DNA from: Cyanobacteria bacterium bin.51
Lineage (GTDB): Bacteria > Cyanobacteriota > Cyanobacteriia > PCC-6307 > Cyanobiaceae
Direction: 5' to 3'
Length of the DNA: 64,000 bases
Assembly (NCBI GenBank): GCA_013203655.1
Contig: JABMPN010000057.1
Span: forward strand, 16,451 to 80,450
The position numbers and the translations under genes are program-made. Below the pieces are notes generated by a model. That model worked only from the letters and a program-made list of their open reading frames with translations. It was not told the DNA's origin and searched no databases. Positions 32,035-41,482 of the stretch are shown piece by piece; the first letter of the stretch is position 1, and each line of letters opens with the position of its first letter.

Positions 32035-32699
32035 GCGGCCTCCGCCGTTGGTTTCGATGCCTGGGGCCGTTGCGTCTGCTGGCCTGTCTGGCGGCAATGG
32101 CCGTTGTGATCGCGATCGAGCTGACGATCGGCAACGACAAAAGCCCGGAGGCCGATGAAGCGGTGCTCCTCTGGCTGGGTGACGCCATCCCCGCCCCCCT
32201 AGGCAGATTTCTTGTGGTGGTGTATCAAGTCAGTGGAACCCGATTCACTGCTCTGCTGGTGATGGTTTCCTTGCTGTTTTTGAGCCTGAAGCGGGCCTGG
32301 AAAGATCTGACCTGGCTGGCGATCGGCACGGCGGGGATCCTCTTAATCGTGGATCAATGGCTGAAGCCTCTGTTCGATCGGGCCCGGCCCCTTGGCCGGT
32401 TGGTGGAGGTGAGCGGCCGCAGTTTCCCCAGTGGCCATGCAGCCGGGGCTGTGGTGTTTTATTTCCTGATGTGCGCAATCCTCTCTAAGCGTTATCCCCA
32501 CCTGCGTCAGCCGCTCTACCTGGGATCCACCCTTTGGGTCGCGTTGATCTGGATCAGCACCCTCTACTGCCGCGTTCACTGGTTCACCGACATCATCGCT
32601 GGTGCAGCGGTGGGCTTCATCTGGTTGACCATCTGCCTGACCGGTTGGAAGGTCAACCTGGCCAGCCAGAGTGAACGGAACCGCGGCATTCCGCTTTGA
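32031..32699 (+). CDS. PAP2-family membrane phosphatase
   Basis: KPLFDRARP, SFPSGHA, STLYCRVHWFTD motifs. Confidence 0.88.
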   Translation: MSGLRRWFRCLGPLRLLACLAAMAVVIAIELTIGNDKSPEADEAVLLWLGDAIPAPLGRFLVVVYQVSGTRFTALLVMVSLLFLSLKRAWKDLTWLAIGTAGILLIVDQWLKPLFDRARPLGRLVEVSGRSFPSGHAAGAVVFYFLMCAILSKRYPHLRQPLYLGSTLWVALIWISTLYCRVHWFTDIIAGAAVGFIWLTICLTGWKVNLASQSERNRGIPL

Positions 32700-33094
32700 C
32701 CACCTCCCCCGGCCTCGACTCCCTCTCCGCGCTCTGCGGCCTGCGCACAGCCCCAACGCTCGACGCTCCACAACGGCAGCGTCTGAGCGAGGAGCTAGCC
32801 ACCCGCCTGGCCGGCTGTGCCTGGTTCACCATTGGGGTGATGGCCCCATCGACGACGGCCGCGGTGAAGGCGCTCGCCTCTTGCCAGCAGGCCCTGGGCT
32901 GGTCTCCCCTGGTGGCGGATGGCGCGGTGCCCGCTGCGGGCCCGGTTTTTCTCAAGGGCAATCAAGCGACGGGTCTGTACCGGTTGCGCAGCGAGAGCGG
33001 ACTCGGTGAGGGCTTGTTGATCACCGGACACCAGCCGGATGATTCAGCGGCTGAGGGCACCTGGGGCCCTTTCCCCATCGATTTCTTTGGCTGA
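32696..33094 (+). CDS. DUF1824-family protein
   Basis: WFTIGVMAPS, GPVFLKGNQ, TWGPFPIDFF. Confidence 0.75.
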   Translation: MTTSPGLDSLSALCGLRTAPTLDAPQRQRLSEELATRLAGCAWFTIGVMAPSTTAAVKALASCQQALGWSPLVADGAVPAAGPVFLKGNQATGLYRLRSESGLGEGLLITGHQPDDSAAEGTWGPFPIDFFG

Positions 33095-33189
33095 TCACGA
33101 TCTTGAAGCGGGCCTGCAGGCCCAGGCCCATCGGTCCTTAGGCTTGACGGCTGTTGAGCGGCCCTGTGGCCGGTTTGAGGACTGACTTG

Positions 33190-34143
33190 ATGGCTGGCTC
33201 CACATTGCGCATCGCCACCCGCCGCAGCCAGTTGGCGATGGTGCAGACCCATTGGGTGCGCGATGAACTGGCCAAGGCCCACCCCGACCTTGAGATCAGC
33301 GTCGAAGCGATGGCGACCCAGGGCGACAAGATTCTCGATGTCGCCCTGGCGAAGATCGGCGACAAGGGCCTGTTCACCAAGGAACTGGAGGCCCAGATGC
33401 TGCTTGATCGGGCCGACATCGCTGTCCACAGCCTCAAGGACCTGCCCACGAACCTGCCTGACGGTCTGATCCTGGGCTGCATCACCGAACGGGAAGATCC
33501 GGCCGATGCCCTTGTGGTCCACGCCAAGCACCGGGACAAGACCCTGGCCACCCTGCCCGAAGGCAGTGTGGTGGGCAGCAGCTCCCTGCGCCGCTTGGCC
33601 CAACTCCGTCACCACTTTCCCCATCTGATGTTCAAGGATGTTCGTGGCAATGTCATCACCCGGCTGGAGAAGCTCGATGCCGGCCAGTACGACTGCCTGA
33701 TCCTGGCGGCGGCGGGCCTGGGACGCCTCGGTTTGACGGCGCGCATCCATGAACGGATCGATCCCTCCATTTCCTTGCATGCCGTTGGCCAGGGAGCGCT
33801 CGGCATCGAGTGCCGCCATGGCGATGAGCGTGTGATCGGCCAGCTCAAGGCGCTGGAGCACACGCCGTCCTCCCGTCGCTGCCTGGCCGAGAGGGCCTTT
33901 CTGCGCCAGTTGGAAGGGGGTTGTCAGGTGCCGATTGGCGTGAACACCGGCTTCGAGGGCGAGCAGCTTGTGCTCACCGGCATGGTGGCCAGTCTCGATG
34001 GCCAGCGCCTGATCCGTGATGAGGTTCGCGGCGCAGCCAGCGACCCAGAAGCGATCGGGATCAACCTGGCCAAGTGCCTGCGCTCTCAGGGAGCAGGAGA
34101 GATCCTGGAGGACATCTTTGCCACCGTCGGCCGCGGGCACTGA
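33190..34143 (+). CDS. hemC: Hydroxymethylbilane synthase
   Basis: [44 protein letters not shown]. Confidence 0.97.
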   Translation: MAGSTLRIATRRSQLAMVQTHWVRDELAKAHPDLEISVEAMATQGDKILDVALAKIGDKGLFTKELEAQMLLDRADIAVHSLKDLPTNLPDGLILGCITEREDPADALVVHAKHRDKTLATLPEGSVVGSSSLRRLAQLRHHFPHLMFKDVRGNVITRLEKLDAGQYDCLILAAAGLGRLGLTARIHERIDPSISLHAVGQGALGIECRHGDERVIGQLKALEHTPSSRRCLAERAFLRQLEGGCQVPIGVNTGFEGEQLVLTGMVASLDGQRLIRDEVRGAASDPEAIGINLAKCLRSQGAGEILEDIFATVGRGH

Positions 34144-36196
34144 GGAAGCTTGCGAGGAGGGCGCTGAAGCCCCTGCTCAGGGTCCGCTCAGGGCTGCACC
34201 TTTCCAATGGAACCTGCTGGCCTGGGCGGCACTGGTGGGGGTTCTCAGCGGTGCTGCCGTGGTGGGCTTTCACGTTCTGCTGGGCTTCACCAACCGGTTC
34301 CTGTTCGGCGGCCTCGTCGAGGGGGTGATGGGGGTGGTGGGGACACTGGCAGCCGAGCCGACGCCTGTCGAGGTTTTCAGTCCAGACCCCGCAACCAGTA
34401 CGCCACTCAAAGCGTTGCTGCAGATCGGCCTGGGTGGGATCGGTTTTCTGCCGCCTCCGCCGGTGCCGCTGCCGGAGCCGGCGGTCCCCCGGGCTCTCAA
34501 CTGGCTGAGCCTGTGGCCGGTGCTGGTGGCGCCGATGCTGGGAGGCGTGCTCGTTGGTGGCCTGCGCCAACTCACCAAAGACCTGGGTCCAGGATTGCCC
34601 AGCTTGATGGCCATGGCCGATGGCCTGGTGCCGGCGGCACCGAAGCTGCCGTTTCTGCGTCTGGTAACGGCAGCCTTGAGCCTGGGAAGTGGTGCCTCAC
34701 TGGGGCCTGAGGGTCCCAGCGTTGAGGGCGGCGGCAACATCGGCCTCTGGGTGGGTGTGCGTGCGGCGCTCTCGCCGCAATCCCAGAAAGCACTGGTGGC
34801 AGCGGGGCTGGCAGCGGGGCTGGCGGCGGGCTTCCGGGCCCCGATCGCCGGCGTTTTCTTCGCTTTTGAAGGGGTCTCTGGAGCGATTCCGGGGCGGGCC
34901 AGCCTGCGCGCGGTGCTGGTGGCGGCGGTGAGTTCCTCCCTGATCACCCAGCTGTGCCTTGGGGATGAGCCGATTTTCCGCCTGCCCGCCTATGAGGTGC
35001 GCTCCCTGTTGGAGTTGCCGCTCTACCTCGGCCTCGGGGTGCTCGCCAGCCTGATGTCCTGGGCGTTGGTCAGCCTGTTGGCGGCAGGCCGCAGTGGGCC
35101 GGTCCAACGCCGGCTGGAACGGCTCGATCCCTGGTTGCTTAATGCCCTCGGTGGCCTGGGGGTGGGAGTGATGGCCCTGGGCTTTCCCCAGGTGCTCGGG
35201 GTGGGCTACGACACGATCGAGGCCTTGCTGGGCACTCAGAGCGGTATTGCCCTCTCCACTTTGCTGGCCTTGCTGGTCGTGAAATTGCTGGCCACCGGGC
35301 TCAGCAATGCCGCCGGCTTTGTCGGTGGTGGTTTTGCCCCCTCCCTCTTCCTCGGGGCCGTGCTGGGGAATTGCTATGGCCAGTGGCTGGGCGAGAGCGG
35401 CCTGCATTGGGCCGTTGCCGAACCTCCGGCCTACGCGATGGTGGGGATGGCTGCCGTTCTGGCCGGTAGTGCCAGGGCGCCGCTCACGGCCCTGCTGTTG
35501 CTGTTCGAGCTCACCCACGACATCCGCATCGTCCTGCCGCTGATGGCCGCCACCGGACTGAGTGCCTTGTTGATGGAGCGCTGGTTAGGCCTGGCTGACC
35601 CTGGACTGCTGGGCCCTGATCCGCTCGAGGAGCAGCGGCGTCGCGGCCTGTCGGCCCTGGCCATCAGCGCAGCACTGGAGCCGGATCTTCCCCTGGTTCT
35701 GCCTGCCGCGGTGACACCACAGCGCGCCCTGGCCCTGCTGATAGAGCACCGAGGCCATTGCCTGTTGATCGAGCAGGAGGGCTGGGTGGTCGGCCTGCTG
35801 ACCCTCACCGATCTGCAACGGGCGATCACGGCTCAGGCCCTGGCCCTACGGACTGGGACTGGGATTGAGGCTGAGGCTGAAGAGCTGGAGCTCAACTTGA
35901 TTGGCTGCCGTCGCTCTGAGTTGATCTGGCTGCCAAGTACGGCCAATCTCTCTGAACTCGAGGATCAGCTCAGTCCCAATGGCCTGCGTCAACTGCCGGT
36001 GTTTGACCGGCAGGAAGGGATCAACACCACATTGGAGGCCAAGTTGCCTGACGGCATTCCAGCTGGAGGGCTAAGGGTGCAAGACCTGCGCGGCCTGGCC
36101 TGCCGAGACAGCCTGGCCAGGGCTTTGGCCAGGCAGGCCGTGCTTGATCAGGCGATCGGTGCTTCATCAGCTGATCGGGGCCTGATCAGCGGGTGA
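34118..36196 (+). CDS. CLC-family anion channel/transporter with degenerate CBS domains
   Basis: [43 protein letters not shown]; TTG at 34118 follows GGAGGA inside hemC. Confidence 0.9.
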   Translation: MPPSAAGTEEACEEGAEAPAQGPLRAAPFQWNLLAWAALVGVLSGAAVVGFHVLLGFTNRFLFGGLVEGVMGVVGTLAAEPTPVEVFSPDPATSTPLKALLQIGLGGIGFLPPPPVPLPEPAVPRALNWLSLWPVLVAPMLGGVLVGGLRQLTKDLGPGLPSLMAMADGLVPAAPKLPFLRLVTAALSLGSGASLGPEGPSVEGGGNIGLWVGVRAALSPQSQKALVAAGLAAGLAAGFRAPIAGVFFAFEGVSGAIPGRASLRAVLVAAVSSSLITQLCLGDEPIFRLPAYEVRSLLELPLYLGLGVLASLMSWALVSLLAAGRSGPVQRRLERLDPWLLNALGGLGVGVMALGFPQVLGVGYDTIEALLGTQSGIALSTLLALLVVKLLATGLSNAAGFVGGGFAPSLFLGAVLGNCYGQWLGESGLHWAVAEPPAYAMVGMAAVLAGSARAPLTALLLLFELTHDIRIVLPLMAATGLSALLMERWLGLADPGLLGPDPLEEQRRRGLSALAISAALEPDLPLVLPAAVTPQRALALLIEHRGHCLLIEQEGWVVGLLTLTDLQRAITAQALALRTGTGIEAEAEELELNLIGCRRSELIWLPSTANLSELEDQLSPNGLRQLPVFDRQEGINTTLEAKLPDGIPAGGLRVQDLRGLACRDSLARALARQAVLDQAIGASSADRGLISG

Positions 36197-36869
36197 TCAC
36201 AACGGCGGTGCCGATATCCACCAGGTCGAAGAGTTTGCGCACGTGTTCGTGCTTCATCCTCACGCAACCATTGGTGACGGCGGCGCGCTGATCAACCCAG
36301 GTGGGCCAAGGCGTGCCGTGGATGCCGAATTGGTCAGGACCCTGGGTTTTGAAGCCGATCCAGCGATCGCCGAGTGGTCCATTCGGGCCAACCGTGGGGT
36401 TGACCTTGCCGGTCCTAGTGCTGGCGTATCGGGGATTGATCACCATGTTCTTCACGGCAAAGGTGCCCGTGGGTGTGGGGGTCTTGGGATCGCCGATCGC
36501 CACGGGCCAAGGGCCGTAGATCTTGCCGTCGCGCTCCAGACGGATCTCACGCCGGCCGAGAGCCAGCAGGATTCTCGAATTGCTGATCGGTACTGCGATC
36601 GCGGTGGGTGTGGGCGCTGGTTGTATGGCCTCTGGTTGTGTGGTTCCCGTGCTGCCTGGAACAAGGGCCGGCAATACGGCCGGCGGTGCCGTCGGGATGG
36701 CCGAAGAAGCGCCGACCGCTTCCCATGCGGGGGCCGGCTTGTTCTGGGCCTGAACCGGGAGCATGCCCAAACCAAGGCTCAGCCCCAGGGCCGTGAGCTT
36801 TGAGGAAGCGGCACTCAGGCGGCTGCTTTTGGCGCCGGCACGGCTGGGGCGGGAAGGCTGGGAGGGCAT
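36186..36869 (-). CDS. L,D-transpeptidase (YkuD) family protein
   Basis: Signal peptide, PVAIG...TPTGTF, PLGDRWIG, GIHGT...TNGCVRM. Confidence 0.88.
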   Translation of the reverse strand: MPSQPSRPSRAGAKSSRLSAASSKLTALGLSLGLGMLPVQAQNKPAPAWEAVGASSAIPTAPPAVLPALVPGSTGTTQPEAIQPAPTPTAIAVPISNSRILLALGRREIRLERDGKIYGPWPVAIGDPKTPTPTGTFAVKNMVINPRYASTRTGKVNPTVGPNGPLGDRWIGFKTQGPDQFGIHGTPWPTWVDQRAAVTNGCVRMKHEHVRKLFDLVDIGTAVVITR

Positions 36870-36885
36870 GGGGCGACGTTGACGG

Positions 36886-37473
36886 TCAGTTGACGAGTTT
36901 GGCCTCGATCTCGCTGTTGTAGCGCGCTTCACAGGTTTTGACGATCCGCACCGCCTCTTCCACCCCGAGAAACGCGTTGACCTTGCAGGTGCCGGGTTTC
37001 TTGAGGTCTTTGTAGTGCTCCCAGTAGTAGGTGGTTTCCTTGACCCACTGGGCACCGAGCTGCTCGTAGCTGGTGATGTGATCCACCCGCTTGTCGTCGG
37101 CCAGCACCGCGATCACCTTGTCATCGACCTCACCGCCGTCGTCGAAGGTCATGATGCCGATGATCCGGGCCTCCACCAGGCTGCCTGGCACCAAAGCCTC
37201 GGTGACGGCCACGATCTCGATGTCGAGCGGGTCACCGTCTTCGTCCCAGGTGCGGGGAATGCAGCCGTAGGCGAAGGGGTAGGCCAGGGAGGAATAACCG
37301 ACACGATCGAGCTTGAGATGGCCGGTTTCGGTGATCAGTTCGTATTTGTTGATCGTGTTGGAGTTCAGCTCCACGATCGCGTTGAGACGCAGCTCTGCTT
37401 CATCGGCGAACGCCGGCAACACATGCAACAGGTTGAGCATCGTGCGGCTGGGGGCATGGTCGATATTCGCCAT
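36886..37473 (-). CDS. ppa: Inorganic pyrophosphatase
   Basis: NKYE, LDRV, YGCIPRT, DGDPLD, DDKVIAV, YKDL. Confidence 0.95.
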   Translation of the reverse strand: MANIDHAPSRTMLNLLHVLPAFADEAELRLNAIVELNSNTINKYELITETGHLKLDRVGYSSLAYPFAYGCIPRTWDEDGDPLDIEIVAVTEALVPGSLVEARIIGIMTFDDGGEVDDKVIAVLADDKRVDHITSYEQLGAQWVKETTYYWEHYKDLKKPGTCKVNAFLGVEEAVRIVKTCEARYNSEIEAKLVN

Positions 37474-37502
37474 GGAGCAAGGGCAAGGTTGCGCCGCGAA
37501 GT

Positions 37503-39017
37503 CTACGAATCACCAGCCGCGAGTCTTTCCAGCTTTGTTTCGAGATAGGAGAGGAAAGCCTCGGGACCCAGGGGCTTGCCGCAGACCCCCGTCACCAGCT
37601 CCTCGCTGGTGACGCTGCGCCCGAGTGGATGCACGTGCTGGCGCAGCCACTGGCGCAGGCTCTCCTCATCGCCGGCGGCCACGAGCGCTTCGATCGGGCC
37701 CGTCTCTCGCTCCATCGTCTCAGCCAGCTGGGCCGAGATCAGGTGGCCCAGTGCATAGGACGGGAAATAGCCAAACAGGCCCTCGCTCCAGTGGACGTCC
37801 TGGAGGCAACCCTGGGCTGCATCGGCGGGCTCGAGGCCCAGCAGCTCCTTCATTTGCAGGTTCCATGCGGCCGGCAGCTCCTCCACCGGCAGATCGCCCT
37901 CCAGCAGAGCCAGCTCCAGGTCGTAGCGGAAGACGATGTGGAGGCAGTAGCTGAGCTCATCGGCCTCCACCCGGTTCAGCCCTGGCCGGCGCGGGTTGAG
38001 GGCCTGGAACAACGATCCCGAGCCGGCCAGGGCCTGGGCAAAGCGGGGTTGCCAGCGGCGGGCGAAGGCTTCGCTGCGCGCCACCCGGCACTCCCAGAAC
38101 AGGCTCTGGCTCTCGTGAACCCCCATCGACGTGGCATCTCCCAGCGGCCAGGAGAACCATTGGTTGTCCTGGCGGGGCAGGCCCTGTTCGTAGAGGGAGT
38201 GGCCCCATTCGTGGGCCGTGGCCAGGAAGGCCGAAAACGGCTGGCCTGGAACGACCCGGCTGGTGATGCGGAAATCGCGGGGGCCCAGGGTGGTGGAAAA
38301 CGGATGGGGCGAGCGCGCCAGCACGGCCTTCTCGGCGTCGAAGCCCCAGGCCTGCAGCAGTTCCAGACAGAGGCTCTGCTGGGCGGCATCGGCCAGGTCA
38401 CAGGGCTGGGGCAAAGGTCTTGAGCCAGGGCCGGCATAGTGCGCGATCAGCTCCGGCAAGCGCTGGCGCAGGGGAGCGAACAGGTTGTTGAGGCGCCGCT
38501 TGCTGATCCCGGGTTCAAACGGCTGGGCCAGGATTTCCCAGCAGCTGCGCGGCTGGCCATCGGCAGTTTTCTCCACCGGTGCCAGCTGGCGGGCTTGCTC
38601 CTGGCGCAGGGCGATCAGGCGGCGCAGGGCCGGAGCGAAGCTGCTGAAATCAGCCCGGGCGCGGGCCTGCTGCCAAAGGCTGTAGCCGTCGGCCTGGGCC
38701 AGGGCCAGTTCGGCCACCAAAGACGGATCAAGCCTGCGTTGCCGCTCCAGGTCCTGCCGCAGCAACGAAAGGTTCCGCCGCCAGCCCTCACTGGCGGGCT
38801 CGCTTGCTTCGGCGGCTGCCAGCAGCTCGGCGTACGCATCGCTGCTCTGACGTTGGTGCAACTGGCGGGCCAGCAGGGCCAGTTGTTCGCCCCGCCAGGA
38901 GGCGCCTGCCGGCGGCATCAGCGTGTTCTGATCCCAGTAGAGAGTGCTGTGAATGCTGCCGAGCAGACGGGTGTCGCGCAGGTGGGCCCCGAGGGTCTCC
39001 AACGCAGGTTGGGCCAT
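37503..39017 (-). CDS. Carboxypeptidase M32 (Taq family)
   Basis: WDQ, HPF, HEWGH, HESQS, RVEADE, GCLQDVHW, YFPSYALG. Confidence 0.94.
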   Translation of the reverse strand: MAQPALETLGAHLRDTRLLGSIHSTLYWDQNTLMPPAGASWRGEQLALLARQLHQRQSSDAYAELLAAAEASEPASEGWRRNLSLLRQDLERQRRLDPSLVAELALAQADGYSLWQQARARADFSSFAPALRRLIALRQEQARQLAPVEKTADGQPRSCWEILAQPFEPGISKRRLNNLFAPLRQRLPELIAHYAGPGSRPLPQPCDLADAAQQSLCLELLQAWGFDAEKAVLARSPHPFSTTLGPRDFRITSRVVPGQPFSAFLATAHEWGHSLYEQGLPRQDNQWFSWPLGDATSMGVHESQSLFWECRVARSEAFARRWQPRFAQALAGSGSLFQALNPRRPGLNRVEADELSYCLHIVFRYDLELALLEGDLPVEELPAAWNLQMKELLGLEPADAAQGCLQDVHWSEGLFGYFPSYALGHLISAQLAETMERETGPIEALVAAGDEESLRQWLRQHVHPLGRSVTSEELVTGVCGKPLGPEAFLSYLETKLERLAAGDS

Positions 39018-39119
39018 GGTTTCAATTGAGGGAGGTGGGGGTCGTGGTGGTCAGAGCTGACCGTCTGGCCTGGCAGGTTTCTATCGCTAAATTGGAGTCT
39101 CTTGCCGAGCCAGGTGGCG

Positions 39120-39563
39120 ATGAGCCCGAGTGACGCCTCTGCGGTGGCCGGGCTTTCACGGGCGATTCAGCTCTCGGTGGCACCGGTTTTTCTGCTCACA
39201 GGCATTGCGGGACTGTTGGGTACGTTTTCGGCACGGCTGGGTCGCATCATCGACCGCATCAGGATCATTCAGGAGACGATCGACCACGGCAGTATCGGCC
39301 AGGCGAAGGCGCTGAAGTCGGTGTTGACGGTTCAGCGCCAGCGCCTTTACCTGATCAACCGCGCCATCCTGTTCGCAACGATCACGGCGTTGCTGATCGC
39401 CGTAGTGGTGGCGGTGTTGTTCATCAGTGTCGTGGCGGTCATTGATCTGGCCGCGGTTGTGGTGCCAATTTTCGTGTTGTCGATGCTTTCGCTGATTGCT
39501 GGCCTGCTGCTTTTTCTGCGGGAGGTGCAGCTGGCCATTGCCCTGAACCCTCATCGTTACTGA
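39120..39563 (+). CDS. DUF2721-family membrane protein
   Basis: IQLSVAPVFLLTG...RLGRIIDR, three TMs, FLREV. Confidence 0.8.
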   Translation: MSPSDASAVAGLSRAIQLSVAPVFLLTGIAGLLGTFSARLGRIIDRIRIIQETIDHGSIGQAKALKSVLTVQRQRLYLINRAILFATITALLIAVVVAVLFISVVAVIDLAAVVVPIFVLSMLSLIAGLLLFLREVQLAIALNPHRY

Positions 39564-39684
39564 GCATCGCTACTGAGGGGCGCTGGCCAGCCGTTGGCCC
39601 TATTCCTTCATTGTCAGCCAATCCCCACATATACTTGCCAGCGGGGGCGTGATCAGCATAGTGTGGGTCTCTGGCCTGAAGGCC

Positions 39685-40392
39685 ATGGACCTGACCCCGC
39701 TGCTGGCGAGATTCGATCAGGCACGCGAGCAGGCGGTCGCGTTGCTCAGGGATCGTCGGCTGCTCATCGCCAGTGGTCGCCGCCTCACGATCAGCCTCAT
39801 CACCGGCTCGATTGGCCCGTCCTCCCGATGGATCGGCGCTGCCACCTGCGAGGAACAGGCTCTGGCCCTGCTGGAGCGGGAGCGTCCGGATCTGCTGATC
39901 GTGACCGATCCGCTGGAGCGGGGCAGTGGCATCGCCCTGGTGAGCCAGGCCAAGAAGCGTTATGGCGATCTCGCTGTCCTGCTGCTGCTTGAGCAGGACA
40001 GTCCCGATCTGCTTCTGGCCGCCGTCGAATCCAATGCGGATGGCATCTGCTTGGAGCGTCTGGTCGGCTTCGGCAACATGCTGGCGGCCACCAAGGCCGT
40101 GCTCGGCGGCGGGGCCTACATGGACGGGCCGGTGGCGGCGATGCTGCATCGCACTAGCCGGGGTCAGATCGATGGAACACCGGCACGCCTGACGCCCAGG
40201 GAATGTCAGGTGCTCGAAGAGCTGGTGCGCGGCTGCGACAACGGCGAGATCGCCACCCGGCTGGGCATTTCGCCGGAAACGGTGCGCAGCCACTGCAAGG
40301 CGGTGAAAACGAAGTTGATGGCCCGCAACCGCGCCCATGCCGCAGTGATCGCCCTGAGGCTGCAGCTGGTGCGCTGGGATCTGGAGGATTGA
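39685..40392 (+). CDS. NarL/LuxR-family response regulator with atypical receiver domain
   Basis: LTPRECQVL...NGEIATRLGISPETVRSH LuxR HTH; degenerate REC domain. Confidence 0.88.
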   Translation: MDLTPLLARFDQAREQAVALLRDRRLLIASGRRLTISLITGSIGPSSRWIGAATCEEQALALLERERPDLLIVTDPLERGSGIALVSQAKKRYGDLAVLLLLEQDSPDLLLAAVESNADGICLERLVGFGNMLAATKAVLGGGAYMDGPVAAMLHRTSRGQIDGTPARLTPRECQVLEELVRGCDNGEIATRLGISPETVRSHCKAVKTKLMARNRAHAAVIALRLQLVRWDLED

Positions 40393-40399
40393 AGCTGCC

Positions 40400-40424
40400 C
40401 GGCTATTTGCGCCGGCAATAGCCG
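40400..40424. terminator. Hairpin between convergent genes
   Basis: CGGCTATTTGC-GCCG-GCAATAGCCG near-perfect inverted repeat overlapping the small gene's stop; no U-tract. Confidence 0.35.
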
Positions 40425-40660
40425 CCGCCGATGTTCACCCAGCCTGATTCGCAGGGCTCACCTCGGGTTGGAGCCACGGTGTAGGTGATCACACCCAGGG
40501 TGCTGCACTTTCCGTTGAAGGTGTCGACATAGCCGAGCGGGCACATGGCCTGCAGTTTGGGGACCACCTCCTGGGCCTGGGCACCGCTCGCGAGAAGCAC
40601 CAACGAACCAATCAGGCAGAAGCTTGCGGCCAGGGGAGGAACGGAGGAAGAACAGCGCAT
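40403..40660 (-). CDS. Small secreted cysteine-rich protein
   Basis: Signal peptide (AQA), then CPLGY...C and CESGW...C modules. Confidence 0.7.
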   Translation of the reverse strand: MRCSSSVPPLAASFCLIGSLVLLASGAQAQEVVPKLQAMCPLGYVDTFNGKCSTLGVITYTVAPTRGEPCESGWVNIGGGYCRRK

Positions 40661-40750
40661 GAACCTGGGCTGACAAACAATCACCGACTTCAAGCCTATG
40701 GGGAAGCACCAGCGGCTGAGGGATCATGGAGTTCGTTCCGTTCCCTGGAG

Positions 40751-41110
40751 ATGCCCGGCTTCGACCCGTCAACCATGCCGGCGCTTACCACAGCGATGTT
40801 GAACCTCAGTGCCCGGATGGTTGCCCTCCAGAAGGAGATCAGGGCCATGAACGCCGAACTCACGGACCTGGGTGCCACCCTCGCCCAGCTCAGCGGCGTG
40901 GTGGAACCATCGCCAGCCGAAGAGGCTGCTGCCATGGCCACACCGTCCCAGTGGCTGGCCCGTCGTAACGCCGAGCGGATCAACAGCGAGGTGATGCGTC
41001 GCAGCAGCACCGACATTGACGCCGACAACGACACGGACAGCGACACGGAGGTGGATCTGATGATCGATCGTCTCCATACGCTCTGTGACCACCAACAGGG
41101 CAGCGCCTGA
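40751..41110 (+). CDS. Hypothetical coiled-coil protein with acidic tail
   Basis: ORF after GGAG; heptad region and DIDADNDTDSDTEVD. Confidence 0.6.
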   Translation: MPGFDPSTMPALTTAMLNLSARMVALQKEIRAMNAELTDLGATLAQLSGVVEPSPAEEAAAMATPSQWLARRNAERINSEVMRRSSTDIDADNDTDSDTEVDLMIDRLHTLCDHQQGSA

Positions 41111-41174
41111 GCAAGGAATGGCGAGCCTTTCCCCTCACTTGCCAAACTGTGGATGTTGAGTGCCGGAAACTTCC

Positions 41175-41465
41175 ATGCCTGCCAAGCCCCTCTCTCCCCA
41201 GGAGATTGCCAATCTGGGTAGCGAACTGCCCGATTGGAGCGTGTTGAACGGCAAATTACACCGCGGTTTGATCTTCGAGTCGTTCGTGGAAGCCTTCGGC
41301 TTTCTGACCCAGGTGGCGCTGATTGCCGAGGCGATGGGCCACCACCCGGAGCTGGGCAATGTCTACAACCGGGTGACGATCGATCTCACCACCCATGACA
41401 CCGATGGGCTCTCCTCCCTCGATCTGCAACTGGCCTTGAAGATCAATGCCTTGCTGAAATCCTGA
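41175..41465 (+). CDS. phhB: Pterin-4-alpha-carbinolamine dehydratase
   Basis: [25 protein letters not shown]. Confidence 0.9.
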   Translation: MPAKPLSPQEIANLGSELPDWSVLNGKLHRGLIFESFVEAFGFLTQVALIAEAMGHHPELGNVYNRVTIDLTTHDTDGLSSLDLQLALKINALLKS

Positions 41466-41482
41466 GCGCTCTCCTGCAGGCC

